This document shows, one piece after another, positions 1-8,892 of a DNA stretch of 64,000 bases. The notes under the pieces were generated by a model that did no database searches, was not told where the DNA came from, and saw only the letters and a program-made list of their open reading frames with translations. Source of the DNA: Thermoleophilaceae bacterium (GTDB taxonomy: Bacteria; Actinomycetota; Thermoleophilia; Solirubrobacterales; Thermoleophilaceae); the NCBI GenBank assembly GCA_035630335.1, contig DASQKV010000053.1:12063-76062 (forward strand), read 5' to 3'. The position numbers and the translations under genes are program-made. Position 1 is the first letter of the stretch. Every line of letters starts with the position of its first letter.

Positions 1-2108
1 CGGAGGCCGAGCGGCTGATCGCCGCGGGAGTCGGACCGGACCGGATCGCCGTGCTGGTGCACTCGGCCAGCAGCGACGGCACGGTCGTCGGCGCCGCGCT
101 CGAGGAGCGTGCCGTCCCGTTCCGGGTGCTGGGGCCGGGCGCTTACTTCCAGCGCGCGGAGGTCCGCGACGTGCTCGCGTGGCTGCGCGTGCTCGCCGAC
201 CCGACCGACTCCGGCGCCGCCGTACGCGCCCTCTCGCGCGCGCCGATCGAGCTCCACTCGGTCGACATCGCGCGCCTGACCCAGCTCGCGCGACGGCGCA
301 AGGTCGACATGCCGTCGGCGGTCGCGGCGGCGCTCGAGGGGCCCCAGCTGTCGCCCGAGGGGCGCGATCGTGCGCAGGCGTTCCTGCGCCTCTACCGCGC
401 CGCCTGCTCGGCGTTCGAGAGCCGGCGCCCCGACGCGTTCGTGCTGCGGCTCGTCGAGCGCGTCGGCGTGCGGCGCCAGCAGGTCTTCGCCACGCAGGCC
501 GACACCGTCGAGCGGCTGCGCAACATCGCGCGGCTGCCCGAGCTCGCGACCGCGTTCATGCGCCGCGAGCCGCACGCCACCCCGCGCGACTTCACGCGCT
601 ACCTGAAGGCGGTCGCGGACTCGGGGCTGCCCGAGCAGGAGGCGACCGGTCACGAGGGCGCTCCCGCGGTCCGGGTGATGGCGATGGAGGACGCGAAGGG
701 GCTCGAGCTCGACCACGTCTTCGTCCTCGGCCTGTCGGCGACGCGGATGCCGGGCCGCCCGCCGGCCGCCGGCGACGACGAGCCCGACGACCTGCTCAAG
801 GAGCACGTGCCCGCGGCGAGCCACGAGGACGTCATGCGGCGGCGGCTGCACGTCGCGATCACGCGCGCTCGCGAGAGCGTGGTGCTGTCGTGGGCCGACG
901 GCGCCAACGGCTCGCCCGCGGCACCGTCCCCGTTCTACGAGGAGGCACGCGCGGCGCTCGGGGCGGACGAGGAGCGAGTCGAGGAGGAGCTGTTCGGCCC
1001 CGCCGAGGGGCTGCACTCGACCTTCAGGATCATGCGCGACGAGCTGCTCGACACCGTCGCGCGCGTCGGCGGCCGGCTCGGGGAGATGCGCCTCGACACG
1101 ACGCTCGACGTCTCGCAGGCGGTCGCGCGCTACCTCGAGCTGCTGAAGGTCGCCGCGCTGATCGAGCGCTCGAAGGCCGGCCAGCCGCTTGAGGAGGCGA
1201 TCTCCGAGGTCAACCAGCTGCTCGCCCAGGGCGCGAGCGCCGAGCAGCGCGCCGTGCTCGAGTCCTCAGCGCTCGACGGCTGGCTGCGCGACGCCGGCCG
1301 CGACCCCGACCGCCGCCCGGTCGCGGGTGACGACGACGGCGGCCCGTCGCTCGACCCCTTCATCCCCCGCCGCCGCGGCGCCGGGGCGCCGGAGAAGGGC
1401 CTGATGCTGTCCGCCTCCGACATCGAGACCTACCGCCTCTGCCCGCTCAAGTACAAGTTCGCGCGCGTATTTCGCATCCCGCAGGAGTCGACGATCAACC
1501 AGCGCTTCGGGATCGCGCTGCACACCGTGCTCGAGCGCTTCCACAAGTCGCCGGGCGCCGGCCGCGAGCAGCTGTTCGAGCTCTTCGAGGCCGCCTGGCG
1601 ACGCGGCGGCTTCGGCGACTCCGACGACGAGCTCCAGTTCCGCGAGCGCGGGATCGAGGCACTCGAGCGCTACTGGGAGAGCGTCCGCGACGAGCAGGGC
1701 GAGCCGGTCTGGTTCGAGCGCAGCTTCTCCTTCACGCTCGGCCCGCACGTGATTCGGGGGCGGGTCGATCGCGTCGATCGGCGCCCGGACGGGACGTACG
1801 AGCTGATCGACTACAAGACGGGGCGCTCGAAGACGGCTGACGAGCTGCAGCGTGACGTCCAGCTGTCGATCTACCAGATGGGTGCGCGGCAGGCGTGGGG
1901 AGTGGAGACCTCAGCGCACAGCTACTACTACGTGATGACCGCGGAGAAGGTGCCGGTCGCGCACTCGGATGAGGAGCTCGACCGCGTGCGGGCGACGATC
2001 GAGGAGATCGGCGAGGGGATCTCGCGCCAGGACTTCCAGCCGACGCCGTCGCACGAGATCTGCTCTTTTTGCGATTTTCGGATTCTGTGTCCGGCGGCTG
2101 AGCGGTAG
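1..2108 (+). CDS. UvrD/AddA-type helicase C-terminal part fused to a RecB/Cas4-like PD-(D/E)XK nuclease; 5' end lies outside the window
   Basis: The frame is open from nt 3 (EAERLIAAGVGPDRIAVLVHS...). Nuclease motif DRVDRRPDGTYELIDYKTG. Four Cys (YRLCPLKY ... CSFCDFRILCP) match the AddB/Cas4 Fe-S cluster pattern. TAG stop at 2106-2108. Confidence 0.85.
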   Translation, partial: EAERLIAAGVGPDRIAVLVHSASSDGTVVGAALEERAVPFRVLGPGAYFQRAEVRDVLAWLRVLADPTDSGAAVRALSRAPIELHSVDIARLTQLARRRKVDMPSAVAAALEGPQLSPEGRDRAQAFLRLYRAACSAFESRRPDAFVLRLVERVGVRRQQVFATQADTVERLRNIARLPELATAFMRREPHATPRDFTRYLKAVADSGLPEQEATGHEGAPAVRVMAMEDAKGLELDHVFVLGLSATRMPGRPPAAGDDEPDDLLKEHVPAASHEDVMRRRLHVAITRARESVVLSWADGANGSPAAPSPFYEEARAALGADEERVEEELFGPAEGLHSTFRIMRDELLDTVARVGGRLGEMRLDTTLDVSQAVARYLELLKVAALIERSKAGQPLEEAISEVNQLLAQGASAEQRAVLESSALDGWLRDAGRDPDRRPVAGDDDGGPSLDPFIPRRRGAGAPEKGLMLSASDIETYRLCPLKYKFARVFRIPQESTINQRFGIALHTVLERFHKSPGAGREQLFELFEAAWRRGGFGDSDDELQFRERGIEALERYWESVRDEQGEPVWFERSFSFTLGPHVIRGRVDRVDRRPDGTYELIDYKTGRSKTADELQRDVQLSIYQMGARQAWGVETSAHSYYYVMTAEKVPVAHSDEELDRVRATIEEIGEGISRQDFQPTPSHEICSFCDFRILCPAAER

Positions 2109-2117
2109 CGGTTGGGT

Positions 2118-2638
2118 GGCGCTCCTGTGGGGCGTCCTTGAGGCCTGGGTTCGCGCTGGGGTGGCTGGGAGAGATACGAGTGGCTGAGCTGTGGGACCGG
2201 TCTTTAGCTGGGTAGGGCGGATTGCGGAGTGGAGGGTGGTCGGAGAGGCTGCTCCGCTCGGTGGGAGTGGCTCTCGGTCGTCCGGGAGTGGTTGTTGCCA
2301 CGGTTGGCCCGCCCAGGGCGGGCCAAACACGCGCATATGGTCGGTCTGGCGCACGAAATCCGGACGTTCGGAGCTTTGTATGACCTATAGGTCATACAAA
2401 GGTTCAAACGTCCCGAACTCGGGCATCCTGGACCCGTTTCGAGGGCCCGGCACCGCCCGAGCACCAGCGCCGCTCACCCGGACGCCCCAAGCCACCGAGT
2501 GCAGCAGGCTCTCCGGCCACCAACCACCCCTCTCGCCGCCCTACCCAGCCAAAGCCCGGCACCGCAGCTCAGCCACTTGTATCTCTCCCAGCCACCTCAG
2601 CGCGAACCCAGACCTCGAGGACGCCCCACAGGAGCGCC
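2118..2638. repeat. 521-bp long imperfect inverted repeat (element E1) filling the convergent intergenic gap, centred on a palindromic core at 2362-2413
   Basis: Left outer arm ggcgctcctgtggggcgtccttgaggcctgggttcgcgctggggtggctgggagagatacgagtggctgagc... is about 90% identical to the reverse complement of the right outer arm (...gctcagccacttgtatctctcccagccacctcagcgcgaacccagacctcgaggacgccccacaggagcgcc). Core is ggacgttcggagctttgtatgacctataggtcatacaaaggttcaaacgtcc. Mirrored pseudo-peptides (PPYPAK..SATRISPSH..) appear in ORFs on both strands. Confidence 0.85.
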
Positions 2639-2644
2639 GCCGAG

Positions 2645-3520
2645 CTACCCCCGCCGCTGGCGCAGGAACCGCTGGAAGTCCGAGGCGATCATGTCGGCCG
2701 AGGGCAGGTTCGACTCGTCGGTGTCGTCGACGACCTCGTCCATCGCGGACTCCAGCCGCTCGACGAACGCCTTGACCTCTGGGTCGCTCGCGACCGCGGC
2801 GCTCACCTGGCGCTCGTAGTCCTCGGCTGCGGTCTCGAGCTCCGAGGCGTCGACCGCCACGCCCGCCGCACCCTCGAACGCGCGTACCAGCGCCAGCGCC
2901 ACCTTCGGGTTTGGCGCGGCCGCCACGTAGTGCGGCACCGAGGCCCACAGGCTGACGCTCGGCAGGCCGGCCTGGCCGCAGTGGTAGTTGAGGACCCCGG
3001 TGATCCCCGTCGGTCCCTCATAGCTCGTCGGCGCGAAACCGAGCCGGTCGAGCAACGCCGAGTCCGAGCCGATCCCGGTCACGTGCACCGGCCGCGAGTG
3101 CGGTACGTCGGCGAGCAGCGAGCCGAGGGTGATCACGCGCTGGACGTCGAGCTCGCGCGCGATCCCGAGGATCGTGTCGCAGTAGCGGCGCCAGCGCAGC
3201 GCCGGCTCCGGGCCCTGGACGAGCACGAGGTCGTAGTCGGCGCCGCGCACCTGGGCGGCCGAGACCGTCGTCGCCGGCCAGTCGATCTCACGCGTATGGC
3301 TGTCGACCAGCCGCGCCGTGGGGCGCGTCTCGGTGAAGTCGAGGTAGTCCTCGAGGTCGAGCCGGGCGACCTCGGTCGGCTCGAAGCGGGCGCGGATGAA
3401 CTCGACGGCGGCGGAGGCAGCGTCGCCCGCGTCGTTCCAGCCCCCGAACGCCGCCACCATCACGGGACGGCGCAGCGTTGGTCGGTGCGTCCAGGTCACA
3501 TCGCTCACTACCCCACCCAC
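2645..3520 (-). CDS. PAC2 (proteasome assembly chaperone 2-like) family protein
   Basis: 291-aa ORF. The N-terminus RRPVMVAAFGGWNDAGDAASAAV and the overall length are typical of actinobacterial PAC2 proteins. High third-position GC. Confidence 0.8.
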   Translation of the reverse strand: MGGVVSDVTWTHRPTLRRPVMVAAFGGWNDAGDAASAAVEFIRARFEPTEVARLDLEDYLDFTETRPTARLVDSHTREIDWPATTVSAAQVRGADYDLVLVQGPEPALRWRRYCDTILGIARELDVQRVITLGSLLADVPHSRPVHVTGIGSDSALLDRLGFAPTSYEGPTGITGVLNYHCGQAGLPSVSLWASVPHYVAAAPNPKVALALVRAFEGAAGVAVDASELETAAEDYERQVSAAVASDPEVKAFVERLESAMDEVVDDTDESNLPSADMIASDFQRFLRQRRG

Positions 3521-3573
3521 GGTATCGGAGGCGCGCTCGGCACTGGCAAGCGGCCCCCAGACGGCTGTAGCCT

Positions 3574-4395
3574 TTGGCGCTCGTGGTCGATCTGATCATC
3601 TACGCGATCCCCGCCTTCTTCCTGCTGCTCGTGGTCGAGGCGGTCTCCTTCAAGGTCGCCCAGCGCGAGGACCTGCGCGGCTACGAGCTCAAGGACACCC
3701 GCACGAGCCTGAGCATGGGCGTCGGCAACGTGATCATCAACACGGGCTGGAAGGCGATCGTGCTGGTGATCTACGTCGGCCTCTACGAGCTGACGCCGCT
3801 GCGGATCCCCGAGAGCGCGGTCTGGGCCTGGGTGTTGCTCTTCTTCCTCGACGACTTCGCCTACTACTGGTTTCACCGCATCAGCCACGAGGTGCGCGTC
3901 TTCTGGGCGAGCCACGTCGTCCACCACAGCTCGCAGTACTTCAACCTCTCGACCGCCCTGCGCCAGACCTGGACGCCGATGACCTACTTCCCGTTCTGGG
4001 CGCCGCTCGCGCTGCTCGGCTACCAGCCGTGGATGATCTTCACGATGCAGGCCGTCAGCCTGATGTACCAGTTCTGGATCCACACGGAGCGGATCGGGCG
4101 GCTGCCGCGGCCGATCGAGTACGTCTTCAACACGCCTTCCCACCACCGCGTGCACCACGGCTCGAACGACATCTACCTCGACCGCAACTACGCCGGGATC
4201 CTGATTATCTGGGACCGCATGTTCGGCACCTTCCAGGGCGAGGACGAGCCGGTCCGCTACGGGCTGACGAAGAACCTGCGCACGTTCAGTCCGCCGAAGG
4301 TCGCCTTCCACGAGTGGCAGGCCGTCTGGCGCGACGTGCGCGGCGCCGCGACCTGGCGCGAGCGCCTCGCCTACGCGTTCGGGAGGCCCGTGTGA
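3574..4395 (+). CDS. Fatty acid hydroxylase / sterol desaturase family membrane protein
   Basis: Histidine boxes HRISHE, HVVHHSS and HHRVHHG, plus several hydrophobic segments. TTG start at 3574 (GTG at 3583 is an alternative). Confidence 0.8.
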   Translation: MALVVDLIIYAIPAFFLLLVVEAVSFKVAQREDLRGYELKDTRTSLSMGVGNVIINTGWKAIVLVIYVGLYELTPLRIPESAVWAWVLLFFLDDFAYYWFHRISHEVRVFWASHVVHHSSQYFNLSTALRQTWTPMTYFPFWAPLALLGYQPWMIFTMQAVSLMYQFWIHTERIGRLPRPIEYVFNTPSHHRVHHGSNDIYLDRNYAGILIIWDRMFGTFQGEDEPVRYGLTKNLRTFSPPKVAFHEWQAVWRDVRGAATWRERLAYAFGRPV

Positions 4396-4781
4396 CGCCG
4401 AGCGAGCAGGCGCTGCGAACCCGCGGCGAGGTGGCTGCCGAGATCTCGAACGGGATCGTGAAGCTGTTCCGCGAGGCCTACGGTCGCGGGCCGGTCAAGG
4501 CCAAGACCTTCCTCTTCGACCACTACTCGCTGACGGTGCTCGAGGACACCCTCACGACCGCCGAGTCGACGCTCGTAAAGGCCGGGCGCGGGGACATGGT
4601 GCGCGAGTTCAGGCTCGCCTTCCAGACCGAGATGTCGGTCGACTTCCACCACATCGTCGAGCGGGCGACGGGCCGCAAGGTCCAGACCTACCAGAGCCAG
4701 ATCGTCTTCGACCCCGACCACTGCTTCGAGATCTTCGTCCTCGACGGCCCGCCCGCGGTCTCCGACGAGCCCGGCGCCTGA
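4392..4781 (+). CDS. DUF2294-like small protein
   Basis: The GTG at 4392 overlaps the upstream TGA (GTGA). The sequence EISNGIVKLFREAYGRGPVKAKTFLFDHYSLTVLED resembles the DUF2294 family. It is the 3' part of track ORF 3396..4781. Confidence 0.7.
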   Translation: MTPSEQALRTRGEVAAEISNGIVKLFREAYGRGPVKAKTFLFDHYSLTVLEDTLTTAESTLVKAGRGDMVREFRLAFQTEMSVDFHHIVERATGRKVQTYQSQIVFDPDHCFEIFVLDGPPAVSDEPGA

Positions 4782-4944
4782 CGACGAGTTTTGGGCTCGA
4801 CCTGGTTTGGTCGGCGCCGGCCCCGGTAAATCGGTTGTGAGCGCGTGAACCAGTCCGCCGGGCGGCGTGACCGCTTCTCGCCTCGCAAAGCTGCGTAGGT
4901 AGGCGGCCTGCCCCCGGTCGCCGATCGACGTGGACGCAGTCCCC

Positions 4945-4979
4945 GCCGGGGCGCCGAGAGGCGCCCCGGCCGCGTTTTC
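4945..4979 (+). terminator. GC hairpin followed by a T-tract
   Basis: gccggggcgcc-gaga-ggcgccccggc (11-bp stem) followed by cgcgttttcg. It lies about 165 nt downstream of the stop at 4781. Confidence 0.5.
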
Positions 4980-5091
4980 GGAGGCGGTTCGAGAGACAGG
5001 CGAGAACCGGTGCGTGAAGCGGCTCGCGCCCGGCTCTCAACAGGCCCGGTTTCCGGTTTACGGGCACCTGTTCCTGGTCAACAGCAACGTC

Positions 5092-5544
5092 ATGCGCCGT
5101 GCCTCGATCGCAGGTAACTCTTACTGTCCCCACTGCGGTCTGCCGGTCGAGCAGCAGACCGGCCCGTCGTGGCCGCTGGCGCCTGTCCGCTGCCCCCACT
5201 GCCGCCTGCTGATCGGTGCCGGGCGCGCCCGTCCCGAGCCGGGCGGCGAGCCGGGCACCAAGGGCGCGGCGGCCGGTGTCCTCAGCCGCCAGGCCCGCCG
5301 TGACGACACCCCCGACGCGGTCACCCAGCACGAGGTGCTCGAGGCGATCCGCAAGGTCGCCGACGAGCTCGGCACACGGCCGGAGCGGCTGCTGATGGTC
5401 GACTACCAGCAGCGCGCCGACCACGACGATGAGCTGCCGCCGCTGCGCGACGTGTTCGCCCACTTCAAGAGCTGGAAGCGCGCGCGCAGGGTCGCGGCAG
5501 ACGGCTCGGGCGCAAGCGCCAGGACCGCGGAGCGCAGCGACTAG
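5092..5544 (+). CDS. Zinc-ribbon protein with a C-terminal homing-endonuclease-associated-repeat-like segment
   Basis: CPHCG...CPHCR zinc ribbon. C-terminal EVLEAIRKVADELGTRPERLLMVDY...FAHFKSWKRARRVA. High GC3. Start uncertain: the track ORF begins at GTG 4930, and I prefer ATG 5092. Confidence 0.55.
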   Translation: MRRASIAGNSYCPHCGLPVEQQTGPSWPLAPVRCPHCRLLIGAGRARPEPGGEPGTKGAAAGVLSRQARRDDTPDAVTQHEVLEAIRKVADELGTRPERLLMVDYQQRADHDDELPPLRDVFAHFKSWKRARRVAADGSGASARTAERSD

Positions 5545-5548
5545 CCAG

Positions 5549-5887
5549 CTAGGCGGTCTGCAGCTCGGAGACGTCGTCGACGAGCTCGAGCTGCTCGTCG
5601 AGGTGCGTGATCGCGAACACGCGCTGGACGGTCTCGGTGCCGCGGACGAGGACGAAGCGGCGGCGCTCGCGGCGCGCGCGCTGGTCGGCGCCGACGATCA
5701 GGCGCAGGCCGCTCGAGTCGAGGAAGCTCAGCCGCGAGAGGTCGAGCGCCACGATCGCCGGCCCCTCGCCCTCGACGCGCTGGAGCTCCTGCTCGACCTT
5801 GGGGACGGTCGACAGGTCGAGCTCGCCCGTCAGGACGACGTGGACCAGTCCGTCGTGCTGGTGTGCCTCGATCTCAAGGAGGGTCAC
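5549..5887 (-). CDS. STAS-domain anti-sigma-factor antagonist
   Basis: 112 aa. VVLTGELDLSTVPKVEQEL...ALDLSRLSFLDSSGLRLIV is the classic SpoIIAA/RsbV-like pattern. Confidence 0.85.
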   Translation of the reverse strand: MTLLEIEAHQHDGLVHVVLTGELDLSTVPKVEQELQRVEGEGPAIVALDLSRLSFLDSSGLRLIVGADQRARRERRRFVLVRGTETVQRVFAITHLDEQLELVDDVSELQTA

Positions 5888-5898
5888 TTGACGAAAAG

Positions 5899-6315
5899 CT
5901 ATCCGTTCGGAGCAGCGGAGGTGGCATCGTGCCGTTGCGCGCCCGAGCGCAGCGCACGCCGCGCGAGGCTCCAGGCGAAGAAGACCTGCACCGCGGCGAA
6001 CGACAGCTCGAGCGCGCGCTCGGACACCGCGTTCGCGAGCACGGTGCCCGCGAGCACGCCGAGCGGGGACAGCAGGCCGATCACGAGCCCGTCGCGGACG
6101 CGCAGGTTGCCGTAGCGGCCCTGGCGCCAGGCGCCCACCGACGCGACGAAGACGATCGCAAGCAGCGAGGTCGAGAGCGCCTCGAGCTGGCTCAGGCCGA
6201 GGAAGATCACGAGCCCGGGGACGAACAGGATGCCGCCGCCGACGCCGACCAGGCCGCCCATCATCCCCGCGCCGAAGCCGATCACGAGCATCCCGATCAC
6301 GTCCGTCAGCTCCAT
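5899..6315 (-). CDS. TauE/SafE-family membrane protein, half-size (about 4 TM)
   Basis: The internal ATG at 6315 overlaps the upstream TGA (ATGA). MELTDVIGMLVIGFGAGMMGGLVGVGGGILFVPGL. The 5' extension of the track ORF (to 6786) is Arg-rich GC-artefact sequence. Confidence 0.75.
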   Translation of the reverse strand: MELTDVIGMLVIGFGAGMMGGLVGVGGGILFVPGLVIFLGLSQLEALSTSLLAIVFVASVGAWRQGRYGNLRVRDGLVIGLLSPLGVLAGTVLANAVSERALELSFAAVQVFFAWSLARRALRSGAQRHDATSAAPNG

Positions 6316-6671
6316 CAGAAGACCAGCACCGCCGCGGAGGCGACCAGCAGGATCGCGAACAGGCCCGCGACCGCGCGTTCGGGAATCCGCTGCTGGAGCG
6401 CCGTGCCCGCGAGGACCCCGGCGATCGCGGGCAGCCCGATCAGGACGCCCTCGCGCACGTGGACGTTGCCGTAGCTGCCCTGCGCCGCGGCGGCGAGCGC
6501 CGCGATCACGATGATCGCCAGTAGCGAGGTGCCGGTCGCCTCGCGCTCGCCGTAGCCGAACCAGAGGATCAGCAGCGGCACGATCACCGTCCCGCCGCCG
6601 ACGCCGAAGAGGCCGCTGAAGGCCCCGGCCGCGGTCGCGATCACGGCGAGCCTCACGAGCCGGGTCGACAT
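6315..6671 (-). CDS. TauE/SafE-family membrane protein, half-size (about 4 TM)
   Basis: 118 aa. FSGLFGVGGGTVIVPLLILW, hydrophobic throughout. Confidence 0.8.
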   Translation of the reverse strand: MSTRLVRLAVIATAAGAFSGLFGVGGGTVIVPLLILWFGYGEREATGTSLLAIIVIAALAAAAQGSYGNVHVREGVLIGLPAIAGVLAGTALQQRIPERAVAGLFAILLVASAAVLVF

Positions 6672-6691
6672 CGCGAGGCATACTACGGCCA

Positions 6692-7504
6692 GTGTCCGCG
6701 CCCACGGCAGAGACGCTGCGCGAGAGCCTCCGGCCGCTCACAGACGATCCCGAGCGCGCCGCGGTCTTCTGCGACATCGACGGCACGCTCGCGCCAATCG
6801 TCCCGCGGCCCGAGCAGGCTCACGTGCGCGAGGAGATCTCGCTGCTGCTGAGCCGCCTCGGCCGCCGCTACGGCTGCGTCGCGTGCGTGTCCGGCAGGCC
6901 GGTCGCCGAGGCGCGGCGGCTGGTCGGGGTCGGCAGCATCGCCTACGCCGGCTCGCACGGCGCCGAGCTGCTGCGCGCGGGCGAGAAGCGGCCGTCGCTG
7001 GTGCCGGCCTTCGCCAGCTGGGAAGGCCGCGTGCGGCGCTTCGTCGGGGCGCGCGAGAACATCCACGAGCTGCGGCTGCTGCGGATCCGCGTCGAGGACA
7101 AGGGGCCGATCAAGGCCTTCCACTGGCGCGACGTGCCCGACGAGGACGCGGCGGAGACGTGGCTGACCGGGGTCGCCCAGGAGGCCCAGGCCGAGGGCTT
7201 CGACACCCACTGGGGCCGCAAGGTGCTCGAGATCCGCCCGCCGGTCCCGATCGACAAGGGCCAGGCGGTGCAGACGCTGGTCGAGTCCAGCGGCGTGCGC
7301 GCCGCGCTGTTCGGCGGCGACGACGTGACCGACCTCGACGCCTTCGACGCGCTCGACCGGCTCACCGCCGCGGGGACGCTCGACACCGCGGTGCGGGTCG
7401 GCGTGCGCTCCGCCGAGGGCCCGGCGGCGATCGTCGAGCGCGCCGACGTCGTCGTCGAGGGAGTCGGCGGGATGGTCGCCGTGCTCGCGGCGCTCGCCGA
7501 GTAG
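6692..7504 (+). CDS. otsB: Trehalose-6-phosphate phosphatase (HAD family)
   Basis: HAD motif I FCDIDGTLAPIV, plus ...GGDDVTDLDAF. 270 aa. GTG start. Confidence 0.85.
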   Translation: MSAPTAETLRESLRPLTDDPERAAVFCDIDGTLAPIVPRPEQAHVREEISLLLSRLGRRYGCVACVSGRPVAEARRLVGVGSIAYAGSHGAELLRAGEKRPSLVPAFASWEGRVRRFVGARENIHELRLLRIRVEDKGPIKAFHWRDVPDEDAAETWLTGVAQEAQAEGFDTHWGRKVLEIRPPVPIDKGQAVQTLVESSGVRAALFGGDDVTDLDAFDALDRLTAAGTLDTAVRVGVRSAEGPAAIVERADVVVEGVGGMVAVLAALAE

Positions 7505-8044
7505 ATGCGCTTCGCGGACTTCCTGCGCGTCGCGGTGCTGCTGTTCGGCGGCGCCGGCACGGCGCTCGCGATCGTGGCGATCGCCGGCGCCAGCGGCGAG
7601 GACAGCACGCTGCCTGTCGCCGTCGCGGTCGGCTGGTGGGTGCTGGCGGCGATCGCCGGCCTCTGGCTCGGCCGTCGCAACGCGCCGACGCAGCAGATCG
7701 GCCGGCTGCTCGCGAGCGCGCGCAACACCAGCTCGCTGCCGGAGGTCGAGCCGGGGGCGATCGTCTTCAACCGCCTCTGGCCGCTCGCCGCGATCACGCT
7801 CGTCTCCGGCGGAGTCGCCTTCCTGATCCCGCAGGTGCCCGCGATCGCAGCTGGCTACGCGATCGCGGTCGCGCTGACATGGCGCAAGCAGGCCTCCGCG
7901 GTCACCGCGATCGAGGAGCGCGACGGCGTGCAGTTCTTCTTCGACCGCTCCTCCCCCTTTGGCGCGCCGAAGCTGCTGCGGACCCCCGGGCTGCGCAAGG
8001 TCGAGCCGGTGCCGAACGCCGCACGCTCGACCGAGCCGCTGTAG
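7505..8044 (+). CDS. Membrane protein of unknown function
   Basis: The ATG immediately follows the otsB TAG. Four hydrophobic segments. High GC3. Confidence 0.6.
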   Translation: MRFADFLRVAVLLFGGAGTALAIVAIAGASGEDSTLPVAVAVGWWVLAAIAGLWLGRRNAPTQQIGRLLASARNTSSLPEVEPGAIVFNRLWPLAAITLVSGGVAFLIPQVPAIAAGYAIAVALTWRKQASAVTAIEERDGVQFFFDRSSPFGAPKLLRTPGLRKVEPVPNAARSTEPL

Positions 8045-8085
8045 TCTGCGCCACAGGAGGGAGCAAGCAGGAGGGAGCTTGAGCA

Positions 8086-8892
8086 GTGTGGCCCATCGAT
8101 AGGCGGCTGATGCCGCTTCTCGCCATGACAGTCGTGCTCGGTCTGACGACCGCCGGCTGTGGCGATGGCGACGCGGACGCCGACAGCGGCGGCGGCCCGA
8201 CGGCGGTCGCCGAGCGGTTGCCCGACGCGAAGCAAACGCCGACGGAGTTCGCGCGCGAGCTGGCCGACCTGGTCGCGGAGACATTCAGCCCGAAGGACTG
8301 CAAGCGCCTGAATGCGATCAACGCGCGCTCGCTCTACAGGTTCCCGTGCCCAGCACCGGACAACGTCCGCAGCGAGCTGGGCTTCCTGAAGGTGCGCGAC
8401 GCGGCGAGCTTCGGCACGGGCGCCGTCGTCGACTACAGGACGGACCAGGCCCCGCAGGGGGCGTCGATGGTGCTGTTCCTCGGCCCCGATCGGGAGTGGG
8501 GCCTGGGCCAGTTCGGCCTGATCATCTTCGAGAGCGCGGAAAGCAGCGACGACGACAACCGGGAGGGTTACGCAGAGGCGATGGACGGCTATCTGGAGGC
8601 AGTGCGCAAGCAGGACTGCAAGGGCTACACCCGCTACGCGGCGATTCTGGCCGACGACGTGAAGGCCGCGTGCAAGCGCGAGCTGGCGGGCGCCAGGCGG
8701 CTGACCGGGCTGTTGAACCGCAATCCCGAGAGCCGCCCGCAGTACCTCGGCGGCAGCGGGACGTACGGCTTCTACAGGCTGGAGCTGGAGAAGCCGACAC
8801 CGACCTATCTCACCTTCTCGGTGATCGAGACGCCGAAGGGCAGCCTGCGCCCGTATCTCGTCCAGGCCCCGACGTTCGCCCCGGCCGGCTGA
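8086..8892 (+). CDS. Putative lipoprotein, unknown function
   Basis: Signal peptide with lipobox LGLTTAGCG. SD aggaggga lies upstream of the GTG. Confidence 0.65.
   Translation: MWPIDRRLMPLLAMTVVLGLTTAGCGDGDADADSGGGPTAVAERLPDAKQTPTEFARELADLVAETFSPKDCKRLNAINARSLYRFPCPAPDNVRSELGFLKVRDAASFGTGAVVDYRTDQAPQGASMVLFLGPDREWGLGQFGLIIFESAESSDDDNREGYAEAMDGYLEAVRKQDCKGYTRYAAILADDVKAACKRELAGARRLTGLLNRNPESRPQYLGGSGTYGFYRLELEKPTPTYLTFSVIETPKGSLRPYLVQAPTFAPAG

Noticed and set aside
179-1192. Long alternate-frame and antisense ORFs, for example 179..1192 (+), 6683..8284 (-), 10595..11731 (-), 22457..23881 (+), 39822..39732-type antisense ORFs, 40303..42105 (+), 53334..54971 (-) and 60381..62465 (-).
   Set aside because: Their translations are Arg/Ala/Pro/Gly-rich low-complexity strings. 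They overlap genes that have clear family motifs in another frame. This is the expected stop-codon-poor artefact of DNA at about 70% GC.
2191-2775. ORFs running through the repeat elements: 1732..2301 (-), 2191..2775 (+), 11412..12032 (+), 39972..40568 (+) and 55576..56091 (-). They encode similar PPYPAK...SATRIS... peptides.
   Set aside because: The similarity exists on both strands because the DNA is an inverted or dispersed repeat. There are no SD sequences or start context, and the peptides are low-complexity. I treated these as non-coding repeats.
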